DNA of 64,000 nucleotides from Escherichia coli (GTDB lineage Bacteria; Pseudomonadota; Gammaproteobacteria; Enterobacterales; Enterobacteriaceae): NCBI RefSeq assembly GCF_024223415.1, contig NZ_CP100500.1; one strand, 5' to 3'. Shown piece by piece: positions 10,494 to 20,459 of this stretch (position 1 is its first letter; each line of letters starts with the position of its first letter). The notes under the pieces were generated by a model. It saw only the letters and a program-made list of their open reading frames with translations, ran no database searches and was not told where the DNA came from. The position numbers and the translations under genes were made by a program.

Positions 10494-11069
10494 ATGAATG
10501 CTTTCCCTTATTTCGACGACAGCATGGCCCCCTTCTGGCCTTCGTATCAGAACAAAGTTATTGGCGTTCTTGACCGTGCGCTGCGTGAGCAGTCCGGCTC
10601 CCGGATACGTCGTATCCTGCTTCGTCTGCCGTGGGAACCCGATAACACCTTCAGCAGCCGCAGGACCTGGTTCGGTATGGCCTTTATTGAAACCGTCAGC
10701 GACCTGATGAATGCAACCCCCGGACGTGACCTCTGCTGGCTCCTGACACGTCATCCTGAAAAGCTGGAATACCACGTGGTGCTGTGCGTCAGGCAGGAGT
10801 ATTTCGACGGCCCTGAACTGGATCGGCTGATTCTGGATGCCTGGAGCAACGTGCTGGGCTTCGCCTCACCGGGGGAAGCGGCACCGTATCAGAAGCAGAT
10901 TACCCGGGATGTGCTGCTGGATCCCCGTTCACCGGACTGCGAGGAACTGTTCAGAGACCTGATCTGGGCGTTCAGTGATTTCGCACGTGATCGCCGGGGG
11001 GTATACGATCCGGAAGCCCGTCACCTCGCCGGTAATCCCTGGTATCCCGGATCAGCAGGACGGCGCTGA
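10494..11069 (+). CDS. inovirus Gp2-family paralog (YagK/YfjJ-like)
   Basis: MNAFPYFDDSMAPFWPSYQNKVIGVLDRAL...RIRRILLRLPWEP...EYHVVLCVRQE, same architecture as the 3390 gene; same conserved upstream motif at 10288-10350. Confidence 0.55.
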   Translation: MNAFPYFDDSMAPFWPSYQNKVIGVLDRALREQSGSRIRRILLRLPWEPDNTFSSRRTWFGMAFIETVSDLMNATPGRDLCWLLTRHPEKLEYHVVLCVRQEYFDGPELDRLILDAWSNVLGFASPGEAAPYQKQITRDVLLDPRSPDCEELFRDLIWAFSDFARDRRGVYDPEARHLAGNPWYPGSAGRR

Positions 11070-11133
11070 ACATCATGTTCAGCCGTTCCCCCGAACTTAC
11101 ACATCCTTCCATTTCACCGAGGATATTCCGACC

Positions 11134-11367
11134 ATGTTGAGCACAACAACATCCCACGACAGCGTATGGTTGCGTGACGACGATCCCCTGATCGACATGA
11201 TTTTCATCACCAGTTTCACCGGCATGACCGACAAATGGTTCTACCAGCTGATGAGCGAAGGCAGGTTCCCGAAGCCCATCAAACTGGGCCGCAGCAGCCG
11301 CTGGTACAGAAGCGAAGTGGAGCAGTGGATGCAGCAGCGCATCGAAGCATCACGGGGAGAAGCATGA
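11134..11367 (+). CDS. alpA: AlpA-family phage/island transcriptional regulator (HTH)
   Basis: 77 aa MLSTTTSHDSVWLRDDDPLIDMIFITSFTGMTDKWFYQLMSEGRFPKPIKLGRSSRWYRSEVEQWMQ, classic AlpA pattern. Confidence 0.8.
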   Translation: MLSTTTSHDSVWLRDDDPLIDMIFITSFTGMTDKWFYQLMSEGRFPKPIKLGRSSRWYRSEVEQWMQQRIEASRGEA

Positions 11368-11492
11368 AAGGTATTGTGATACCGGTTCGCTGGCAATGTG
11401 CAAACTGCCGGCGCTGGTATTGTGGTAATCCCCCCTGCCCCTGGTGCTGGCGACCTGCTGCACCGTCTGTCATTCCTCATCCTTCGCTGTAA
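11364..11492 (+). CDS. small Cys-rich protein (zinc-ribbon-like, 42 aa), start overlaps alpA stop (ATGA)
   Basis: MKGIVIPVRWQCANCRRWYCGNPPCPWCWRPAAPSVIPHPSL; five Cys in CxxC...C...CxxC spacing; GGGAGA upstream. Confidence 0.3.
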   Translation: MKGIVIPVRWQCANCRRWYCGNPPCPWCWRPAAPSVIPHPSL

Positions 11493-11548
11493 CAGGCATC
11501 GTACCGGTGCCGGCGTGCTTTCCTGTGCACCGGCACCGGTTCAGAAAC

Positions 11549-12085
11549 ATGCAAAGAGAGCAAATCGTGCAGATAACCGAAACCGTACTTTCAGAGCCGG
11601 TGGAAATCCGGCGTTTTATTCAGCAGGCGGTGGATCACTGGCCGCGTCTGCTGGCCGTTCAGTTCACACTTCATTCAACAGGAGGAAATTGTGACGGGAG
11701 GCAGATTCATGCGTTTTACTGGGCATTTTACCGACAGCTGAATCAGCGAAGCCATACCGGATATCCGTTACTGCCGGTGGTGCTACGCTGGCTGCGGGAA
11801 ACGACAGAAAGCACAGACAGCACCGGGATACGCTGTCTGTTGCTGATCAGCCAGGATCTCATTTGCCCACCAGGATCCAGAATGACGTCTGATGACGCTG
11901 ATTCGCACCTTGTGGCGTTACTGCAGCAGGCCGGCACCACACTCACGGCAGAAGGGCACTGTACGGTGGTATGCTGTTACAGGGTGGTGCGTGCAGCCAC
12001 ACCTGAAGGCGCTGAGTCACTCACGGCATTCAGAAACGCGTGCCTTTCGTTGGCCAGGCCCGTGATGGCCGGCATCATCCGCTAA
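11549..12085 (+). CDS. hypothetical protein, possibly a further Gp2/YfjJ-like paralog
   Basis: 178 aa ORF after a 11-bp inverted repeat hairpin (11497-11533); weak pattern similarity to the Gp2-family genes (…LLPVVLRWLRETTESTDSTGIRCLLLISQD…). Confidence 0.4.
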   Translation: MQREQIVQITETVLSEPVEIRRFIQQAVDHWPRLLAVQFTLHSTGGNCDGRQIHAFYWAFYRQLNQRSHTGYPLLPVVLRWLRETTESTDSTGIRCLLLISQDLICPPGSRMTSDDADSHLVALLQQAGTTLTAEGHCTVVCCYRVVRAATPEGAESLTAFRNACLSLARPVMAGIIR

Positions 12086-12211
12086 GCAACATGATGTATC
12101 CCGGTTCAGCCGCTGAAACCGGCTCCTTCAGCAGCAGACCGGTATGAGGTTGTTCCCCCGGACATTCCTTCGTAGAATCCGTGCTGTGTTCGTACTTCCG
12201 GAGCCGTCGCC

Positions 12212-15057
12212 ATGAAAATCTGTCTTTACCATACCCTGAATCCTGAAACGATCCCGGGCTATAAAAAGTTTGCGCAGGCCATTGAGGCAGATAATTTCGC
12301 GCAGGCGGATGTGCGTAAAATTGATACTAATCTCTACCGGGCACGCCTCAGTATCCGGGATCGGTTGTTGTTTTCACTTTACCGTTACCGTGGTGAGACG
12401 GTCTGCCTGGTACTGGAATATCTGCGTAACCATGCTTACCACACGTCACGTTTTCTGCGCAGGAATGTGGTGATCGACGAGGCGCGGCTGCAGCTGCAAC
12501 CGGTGCCGGATCCGGCAGATGCAGACGCCGGTACACTGACGTATCTCAACCCCACTCACGGGCGTTTTCACTACCTGGATAAAATGCTCTCTTTTGATGA
12601 TGACCAGCAGGCGCTGTATGAACATCCGATGCCACTGGTGATTGTCGGCTCCGCCGGCAGCGGAAAGACGGCACTGTTACTGGAGAAAATGAAGCAGGCC
12701 GGGGGCGATATTCTGTATCTCAGCCTTTCGTCATTTCTGGTGGAAAAAGCCCGCACACTCTATCACGCATCTGGTGAAGAACATGACGGGCAGACCATTG
12801 ATTTTCTGTCGCTGAGCGAGTTTCTGGAAACCCTGCGCATTCCGGAAGGGCGGGAGGTGACGTTCAGTGCGTTCAGCAACTGGCTGCCCCGCAACCGGAC
12901 CACCGCTGCACTGGCCTCTGGCCATACCCTGTATGAGGAATTTCGTGGTGTCATTGGTGCCGTTGCTTCTGACAACGGACCGCTGTCCCGGGAGGCGTAT
13001 CTGTCGCTGGGAGTACGTCAGTCACTTTATGATATGGATGACCGTCCGGCGGTTTACGCCCTGTTTGAGCGTTATGTTGCATGGCTGAAACAGTCGCGTC
13101 AGTATGACAGTAATCTTCTCAGCCACCAGTACCTGCCACTGGCCGGGCACCGTTATGATGTGGTTTTTGTGGATGAAGTGCAGGATATGACGCCTGTGCA
13201 GCTGCGGCTGGTTCTGAAAACCCTGCGTCATCCCGGTCAGTTTGTACTCTGCGGCGATGCCAATCAGATAGTTCATCCCAGCTTTTTTCCTGGAGTGCCC
13301 TCAAAAGCCTCTTTTTCCGGCAGCAACAGAACGAGGCTGCCGTGAATATTCTGCAGGCGAATTACCGTAACGGGCACCATGTCACCGCACTGGCTAACCG
13401 GCTGCTCAGACTTAAACTGGCCCGGTTCAGTGCCATTGACCGGGAAAGTCACCATTTTGTCAGAAGCTGCGGGCAGACGGAAGGCACCATCAGGCTGCTG
13501 GAAGACCGGGAAGCCACCCGCCATGAGCTGAACAGCAAAACCTCCCGCTCAAACCGTGTGGCGGTGATTGTGATGCAGCCGGAGCAGAAAGCACAGGCCC
13601 GGCGCTGGTTCAGTACACCGCTGGTTTTTTCGGTTCAGGAAGTGAAGGGGCTCGAGTACGAAACGGTGATCCTGTACAACATGGTCAGCAGTACCCGTAA
13701 GGCATTTGATGATATCTGCGAAGGGATCAATCCGGCAGATCCTGAGGGTGAGGTGCGTTATGCCCACCCCCGGGACCGGCAGGATCGTTCAGCAGAAATC
13801 TACAGGTTTTTCACCAACGCGCTGTATGTTGCGCTCACCCGTGCCACGCACAACGTGTACCTTGTTGAGCAGGAGGTGGCCCATCCGCTGTGGTCCCTGC
13901 TGGCCCTCACGCATCATGAAACGCAACTGGAGCTGCAGGAAGAGATTTCCAGCCGTGATGAGTGGCAGAAAACCGCTCACCTGCTGGAAAAACAGGGGAA
14001 GCAGGAGCAGGCGGACACCATCCGCAGTATGATCCTGCAGGAGTCAGAAGTACCGTGGCAGATCTTCAGCGCAGAGGATGCGCGGCAGTGGAAACAGCAG
14101 ATCCTCAGCGGGACGGCGGACAAAGCCACGAAACTGCAGGCGCTGGAATACAGCCTGATTTATTCCCTGTTTCCGCTGTATAATGCGCTGTACCGGGAAG
14201 ATTTTAAGCCCACAAGGCAGCCCCGGACCCGGAGCCAGCAGTTACTGGAGCAGAAGTATTTTCGTCCCTACTCAGTGAATAATCCGGTCGCCGTGCTGAG
14301 GGATATTGAACGTTATGGTGTTGATCACCGCTCGCCGTTTAATCTTACGCCGCTGATGCTGGCAGCCCGGGCGGGGAACACGGCGCTGGTTCAGTTGCTG
14401 CTGGATCGTGGTGCCGATCCCACGCTGACGGCAAATGACGGGCTGGCGGCGTATCATCATGTTCTGTCAGCGGCGGTCAGCACGCCCCGTTATGCGCAGC
14501 AGAAGGGGGCACAACTCTATGCCTTGCCGGGACCGGAAAGCCTGTCACTGCAGGTGGAAGGGCGGCTTGTCAAACTGGACAACCGGCAGATGGCAATGTT
14601 TCTGGTGATCCTGATGCAGGCATTGTTTTACACGCATCTGGGGAATGCTCTGGTTTTTTCAGAAGCCTTCAGTGCGGCACGACTGGCAGAGTGTGTCGCC
14701 CACTTTCCTGAAGCCCTGCTGCCGGAACGCCGCAGGCGGAGGAATTATATCAGCAGCCAGCTTTCTCAGCATGAAGTTAACAGCAAGAACCCTTATGGAA
14801 AAAAGCTGTTTCTGCGACTGAGGCATGGTCAGTATATTCTTAATCCGGGGCTGAAAATCAGGCAGAATGACGGGTGGTACCCGGTTTACGACTTGCAGTC
14901 ACCGGAAGATCTCGGTCATGATTTACAGACGTATCTGCAGGACATGCCCCCGTACATTCTGGAGATTCTGGGGGGCAGGAAGGATGTTTACGAACAAAGT
15001 AAGGGGTCTGTCGGATACTGGGTGGCGATGATCCGCCGTCACAGTGGTGAGCCGTAA
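12212..15057 (+). pseudogene. SF1 (UvrD/RecD-like) helicase with C-terminal ankyrin repeats, interrupted by a frameshift near 13283-13345
   Basis: Walker A VIVGSAGSGKT, Walker B VVFVDEVQDM, motif III CGDANQ in frame 1 (to 13345); motif IV QANYRNG and motif VI YVALTRATHNVYLV in the overlapping frame (from 13342); ankyrin repeat NLTPLMLAARAGNTALVQLLLDRGADPTL. Confidence 0.65.
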
Positions 15058-15125
15058 TGTTCCGCACTGCGCGGATATCCTGAAACATGTTCTGTTAATG
15101 TTACCTGGTTCAGAAGAGATAAACA

Positions 15126-16115
15126 GTGAGCAGCAGGAAAGAGAAAAATACGCCCACGCCGCATGATGCCGCCTTCAGGGCGTTTATGGCCTCAGCAGAG
15201 GTGGCCCGTGATTTTGTTGAACTGCATCTTCCGGCGGAATACCGGCAGTTGTGTGATCTGTCGACGCTGCGGCTGGAGCCCTGTACCTTTGTGGACCAGG
15301 ATCTGAAACAGTATGCGTGCGATGCGCTGTTCAGCATGAAGACCGTCAGCGGTGAGGAGGGGTATATTTATTGCCTCGCGGAACACCAGAGTACGGAAAA
15401 CGCGTTTATGGCGTTCAGGATGCTCAGATATGCGGTGGCGGCGATGCAGCGTCACTTTGAACAGCACCATGAGCTGCCGCTGGTGATCCCGCTGTTATTC
15501 TACCACGGTGAGCGGAGCCCGTACCCGTACAGCATGAACTGGCTGGAGTGTTTCAGAAATCCGGAACTTGCTGCTAAAATCTACACCAGACCGTTCCACC
15601 TGGTGGACGTGACGGTACTGGATGACGATGAGATAATGCAACACCGCCGAATGGGGGCACTGACGCTGCTGATGAAACACAGCCGCAGCCGCGACATCAT
15701 GCTGCAGATGGACAGGCTGGTTCAGCTGATACAGACTTCACTGAATGAAGAGCTGGCGAAGGCTCTGTTCCACTATCTGCTGAACGGCAGTGAACATGTG
15801 ACGGTAAGGTTTTTGCAGACGCTGGCGGAGCGGCTGCCACAGCATGAGGGCAACATAATGACACTGGCTGAACAACTGAAGCAGGAAGGGGAAGTCAAGG
15901 GATTTGAGCGCGGTATTGCCCAGGGTATGGAGCGCGGTAAGCTAGAAGGCAGAATGGAAGGCAGAATGGAAGGCCGTGCCGAAGGGCGACTCGAAGGACA
16001 ACTGGAAGGCAAACTGGAAACGGCGCGTAATATGTTGGCTGAAGGAATGGGGCTTCAGACCATCATGAAAATCACGGGATTGAGTGAAGAACAGCTGAAA
16101 AAAATCAGCCACTGA
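15126..16115 (+). CDS. Rpn-family recombination-promoting nuclease / putative transposase (PDDEXK_7, YhgA-like)
   Basis: N-terminus …TPHDAAFRAFMASAEVARDFVELHLPAEY and C-terminal GRMEGRMEGRAEGRLEG repeats typical of RpnA-E family; GTG start. Confidence 0.8.
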   Translation: MSSRKEKNTPTPHDAAFRAFMASAEVARDFVELHLPAEYRQLCDLSTLRLEPCTFVDQDLKQYACDALFSMKTVSGEEGYIYCLAEHQSTENAFMAFRMLRYAVAAMQRHFEQHHELPLVIPLLFYHGERSPYPYSMNWLECFRNPELAAKIYTRPFHLVDVTVLDDDEIMQHRRMGALTLLMKHSRSRDIMLQMDRLVQLIQTSLNEELAKALFHYLLNGSEHVTVRFLQTLAERLPQHEGNIMTLAEQLKQEGEVKGFERGIAQGMERGKLEGRMEGRMEGRAEGRLEGQLEGKLETARNMLAEGMGLQTIMKITGLSEEQLKKISH

Positions 16116-16588
16116 AGCATTGAGGCGTGATGTATAGCACGCCTCGTTCTGTCTGACAGTATTTTGTTTCCTGTGTATTTGGTCGTTTCAGGTCAACCTT
16201 TGTCGGGAGCCTGGCGTTGGTACCTGCTGAGGAAAGAGGGAACTGGACGCAGAGTGACAGTCTGCGAATTGCAGGAAGAGGATGCGAAAGTGTTCGCTTC
16301 TTCCATTGTGTCCCTGATTTAAATTCGGATACTCAAATCTGAAGCGGTGACTCGTATACGTGTGAGTCACCGGGACTACCGCTTGAGTGATGAAAAATAG
16401 TCGTGTTAACGCAAAGCTGAAGTGACACATCTTATTTCAGCGAATGCGTTTGACCGCCTTACTATACACTTTTGAGCATTCTCTTTTCCTGACGGAAACC
16501 ACGAAGACGACAATCTTCTCGTCTATAACCTGATATACAAGGCAAAAAACCGTCAAGAGCAGGAGCAGGCGGTCCGCCAGACAGTCCA

Positions 16589-16909
16589 TTGCATAAGGCT
16601 ATCAGCTATATCCTGAAACGACCTGATGAGCTGTGCCGTTTTCTGGATGATGGCTCTGTGCCACCGGACAACAATATCTGCGAACGAGCCATCCGCCCGG
16701 TCACGCTGGGGCGAAAGGCATGGTTATTCGCAGGCTCGCTGATGGCCGGCAAACGCGCGGCACAGATAATGAGTCTTCTGGAAACAGCAAAGCGTAATGG
16801 TCTGGAGCCACATGCCTGGCTGACGGACGTACTGACGCGCCTGCCGGAGTGGCCTGAGGACCGACTGGCTGAGCTGCTGCCTCTTGAGGGATTTACCTTC
16901 TCCGGGTGA
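16589..16909 (+). mobile_element. IS66-family transposase (TnpC) C-terminal remnant
   Basis: …PPDNNICERAIRPVTLGRKAWLFAGSLMAGKRAAQIMSLLETAKRNGLEPHAWLTDVLTRL…LAELLP matches conserved IS66 TnpC C-terminus; only about 106 aa present, no intact upstream ORF. Confidence 0.7.
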
Positions 16910-17254
16910 CACAACACCTGCCGTCAGGTCTTTGCACACCGGGCCATGGCCTGCTGTCGGGCGTTGAGCGCCTGACAGCGGGTTATTGAGAAAGTCAGTC
17001 ACCATGCGCCTGGCTGACAGTCAGGACCTGCACGTCAGCGCCTCCCTTACCCTGGTCAGGACTTCACTGCCTGCCACAAACTCCCGTGTCAGTACTTCGC
17101 GGCCTGACGCGCTCACCCTACTCAGTCCTTCAGAGCCCGCCTCCGGTACCTGGCAAGGCAGACGCCGGGGCGCAATAAAATAAATCAACCATCGCAGGGC
17201 GGCGATCATTCGCAACAACCGCTGATGACGAGCCCAGAAACGTGTCAAGACGAT

Positions 17255-17392
17255 TTCACCGGAACCGTTTACCCCAAGCAGAGCGGCAATAGATCCGCCT
17301 GGTACTGTGAAGGATGCATCGCGCAGTGCTTTCTGCCCGTTTCGCCAGGTGACAGTAACGCCATTAACGACAATACCCGCAGATTGCATCAT
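17255..17392 (-). pseudogene. sitB: sitB (Mn/Fe ABC transporter ATPase) 5' fragment, truncated after Walker A
   Basis: MMQSAGIVVNGVTVTWRNGQKALRDASFTVPGGSIAALLGVNGSG then sequence diverges into non-ABC residues; IS66 remnant lies beside it. Confidence 0.6.
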
Positions 17393-18306
17393 TACTTCTC
17401 CCTTTTCCCGGCTTTAATTCCCTGCACCAGCGTACTGGTAGTAACCTTCAGAAGGTCGATATACGTAGGTACCGGGCCGTTTTCTGTGCTCAGGGAATCG
17501 ACATAGAGCACACCGCCGTAGTGTGCGCCGGTTTCACGCGCAACCTGACGCGCTGGTTTATCGGAAACCGTACTCTCACTAAATACCGCTGGGATATTAT
17601 TTTTCTTCACTATATCAACCACTTTACGTACCTGCTGGGGGGTTCCTTGTTGATCGGCATTTATCGGCCACAGATAAAGCTCTTTTAGCCCCAAATCGCG
17701 TGCGAGATAAGAAAAAGCCCCTTCACTGGTGACCATCCATCTTTTATTCTCAGGGAGTTCAGCAATCTGCTTACGCAGGGGGGCAAGGGTTTGGGTAATC
17801 TTGGCTTTATAAGTATCGGCATTACGTTGGTATGTTTTTGCATTTGCCGGATCGTATTTTATCAACGCATCACGAATATTATCGACGTAAATCAAAGCAT
17901 TATCTGGCGACATCCAGGCATGAGGGTTAGGTTTTCCCTCGTAGGGGCCTTCGGTGATCCCTACTGGCGTCACACCCGAAGAGACAATCACTTCTGGAAC
18001 ACCACTGAGATGCTGGTAAAAGCGCTGGAACCACAATTCCAGATTCATACCGTTGGCGAGAATCAGTTGTGCCCCCTGCGCACGTTTAATATCGCCAGGG
18101 GTAGGCTGATACTCATGAATTTCTGCACCGGGCCTGGTTATGGATGAGACTTCTGCAGCATCTCCAGCCACGTTTTTGGCCATATCTGCGATGATGGTAA
18201 ATGTTGTAATGACCTTGAATTTTTCAGTTGCACTCGCCTGAAATGCTATCGAGCAGGTGAGGGCGAGGCACCCCAGGAGCATGGTTACTTTTTTTATTGA
18301 GTGCAT
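17392..18306 (-). CDS. sitA: SitA periplasmic Mn/Fe-binding protein (TroA-family ABC substrate-binding protein)
   Basis: 304 aa with signal peptide; …KFKVITTFTIIADMAKNVAGDAAEVSSITRPGAEIHEYQPTPGDIKRAQGAQLILANG… closely matches SitA as recalled from Salmonella/E. coli. Confidence 0.85.
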   Translation of the reverse strand: MHSIKKVTMLLGCLALTCSIAFQASATEKFKVITTFTIIADMAKNVAGDAAEVSSITRPGAEIHEYQPTPGDIKRAQGAQLILANGMNLELWFQRFYQHLSGVPEVIVSSGVTPVGITEGPYEGKPNPHAWMSPDNALIYVDNIRDALIKYDPANAKTYQRNADTYKAKITQTLAPLRKQIAELPENKRWMVTSEGAFSYLARDLGLKELYLWPINADQQGTPQQVRKVVDIVKKNNIPAVFSESTVSDKPARQVARETGAHYGGVLYVDSLSTENGPVPTYIDLLKVTTSTLVQGIKAGKREK

Positions 18307-18338
18307 AATTCAGTACCTATAGTGAGTAAAATTAGAAC

Positions 18339-18360
18339 AAACATAGCAACGGCTATGTTT
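18339..18360 (-). promoter_or_regulatory. MntR-box-like palindrome upstream of sitA
   Basis: aaacatagcaacggctatgttt: perfect 9-bp inverted repeat AAACATAGC/GCTATGTTT, matches the known MntR operator consensus. Confidence 0.6.
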
Positions 18361-18385
18361 TATAGCATAAGCTATACACAATGCA

Positions 18386-18405
18386 AATGATTATCATTAG
18401 TAATT
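18386..18405 (-). promoter_or_regulatory. Fur-box-like site upstream of sitA
   Basis: aaatgattatcattagtaat resembles Fur consensus GATAATGATAATCATTATC. Confidence 0.5.
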
Positions 18406-19283
18406 CAGACCCCAACACAGGCATTAGGTTGTTTCCTGCTGGCGATGTGGTATTGAGGAAAAGCGTAGGACAGATATCAGGCTTTGAAAGTAAGTGTTAA
18501 GTTAAGCGAACGCCGTATTGACGCTTACCCCAATGGGAGCACCATATTCCATGGCAGGAGTTCATCAACCATGCAGGAAGGCCATTCCGGTAGAACGTTC
18601 AGGATATGGCGCAGATACGCTTCCGGATCGATACCGTTCAACCGACAGGTTCCGATTAGTCCGTACAGCAGGGTACCACGCATTCCCCCCAGGTCAGTTC
18701 ACGAATTAACACAGTGAGCAGTTCTGGTGAAGAATTTTCCAGCGTCATTTTACCGTGACGGAACGAGATCTTTCAGGCACCTGCACTGACAGTGCTGTGT
18801 GAAGGAGTGGATAAAAGTGGAGTAAGAGCCACCATCGGTTCTTTCTGCTCATCCGGAGTGAGCTCTACAGGTAATAATTCAACGCCAGCGCCAGTAAAGG
18901 ATAGTTAATTTTCATATCTTATCCACCTCCCGGATTATTATGCGATGTTAATTAAAGTGGTGAAAGAATGACAGTAATCACAGAAAATAAAAATAACAGA
19001 CAAAAGACTTTTACTTATTTGATCGTAATATTATCTTAATTGTTCTGGTATTTTTTAGTGTTTTTTTGAAATGTCTGTTACGTGAGAAATTTTTTAAATA
19101 ACAGCAGGAAATGACGCATACAGGTTGTGTGACTGAGTGGATTCTGTGTTGGTATAAAAAGCGAACGTTTACAGTTTTGTCAAATTTTTTGATTATGAAT
19201 GTCAGAAATATCTGGTCAATTGATGGTGTCGACTCAACGATAATAGTTTCTTCATTATCTGTTATCGTTTAACGAGGTTTTTT

Positions 19284-19718
19284 ATGCCAGCAAGAATAAA
19301 TATGTTCTTTACCAGACTGACAGACTACCCGGATACAGGTCTTCTGTTGCTGAGACTGACATTTGGTATATTGATGCTGTTCCATGGTGTGGCCAAAATA
19401 GAGCACGGTGTCAACTGGATTATATCAATGTTGCAGGATGCTGGTTTGCCAGGATTTATTGCCTATGGTGTGTATATTGGTGAAATCGTGGCTCCGGTAC
19501 TTATCATTCTTGGGATATTTACCAGACCTGCTGCTCTGATTTATGCGCTGACACTGATTGTTGCCACGCTTCTGGTCGGAACAGGGAAGTTTTTCACACT
19601 GACTGAAGTAGGGGCGTGGGGGCTTGAAAATGAAATGCTGTATTTCATGGGGGGGATTGCCATTATGTTACTTGGTCCGGGGCAGTATTCTGTATTAACC
19701 AGGACATCACTGAGATAA
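19284..19718 (+). CDS. DoxX-family inner-membrane protein
   Basis: 144 aa, hydrophobic segments, …LLLRLTFGILMLFHGVAKI… DoxX-like. Confidence 0.65.
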   Translation: MPARINMFFTRLTDYPDTGLLLLRLTFGILMLFHGVAKIEHGVNWIISMLQDAGLPGFIAYGVYIGEIVAPVLIILGIFTRPAALIYALTLIVATLLVGTGKFFTLTEVGAWGLENEMLYFMGGIAIMLLGPGQYSVLTRTSLR

Positions 19719-19842
19719 AGGTTTCCATCTGATTACAGACAGTGTCCTCCGGGGAGTTATAACAAAAAGTGCGCGATCCCGGCAATGAAGGCAAACACGT
19801 CATGACAGCAACGCAAAATAAACCAGGAACGCGCAGTATTTT

Positions 19843-20136
19843 TTATCCCGAATGAAAGCGATTGTCCATATCCGGTAATAAATATTCAGCAGTATGTAAA
19901 GTGCGGTTTGCCCGGTTCTGGTGGAGGGGCTCCAGATAGACATCATCAACAAACACACACGGGAAGTTATCCACCGGGCAGCCTGCACGGTCAGCCATAT
20001 CCCGCAGCGTCACACTGTGCTTCGCGACATCAATAAACACAACATCCGGTTCCATTTCATCGGGGATTCGCGTTGCGTGATGCATGATGCGATGGACTGA
20101 AGGGCAGTGCCGGTAACCAAAAACACGTATACGCAT
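19843..20136 (-). CDS. small thioredoxin-fold (glutaredoxin-like) protein, tentative
   Basis: MRIRVFGYRHCPSVHR… (CPxx active-site-like) and …FPCVFVDDVYL resembling glutaredoxin beta3 region; weak. Confidence 0.35.
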   Translation of the reverse strand: MRIRVFGYRHCPSVHRIMHHATRIPDEMEPDVVFIDVAKHSVTLRDMADRAGCPVDNFPCVFVDDVYLEPLHQNRANRTLHTAEYLLPDMDNRFHSG

Positions 20137-20459
20137 GATGTACCTCCTGGTTGCAGGGTGACTGTATCATCAGACCTTATCATGCGTTTAAAAAATGTCC
20201 GGCAACTCACACTTTTCGGTAAGGAGGTGGCTATTACTGCAAATGATGATGTCTCGGTTTTTATTTTTTATTCAATATTTTCATCCTGTTATTGTTATTA
20301 TGTTTGTCCATACCCTGTGTGGTTCCCCGTTCTTTACATTCAGGCACTTCCGTTTCCTTTAACGTTTTCGTTACTCTCTGAAGCTTGTGGTATCTGTGAT
20401 GGCTGATTCCTGCCGTCATACTGCGAAATTCCGGATATCAGACCGTGGAGGATTCTGCC

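Noticed and set aside
10350-10775. 141-aa minus-strand ORF
   Set aside because: Antisense to the Gp2-family gene at 10494-11069.
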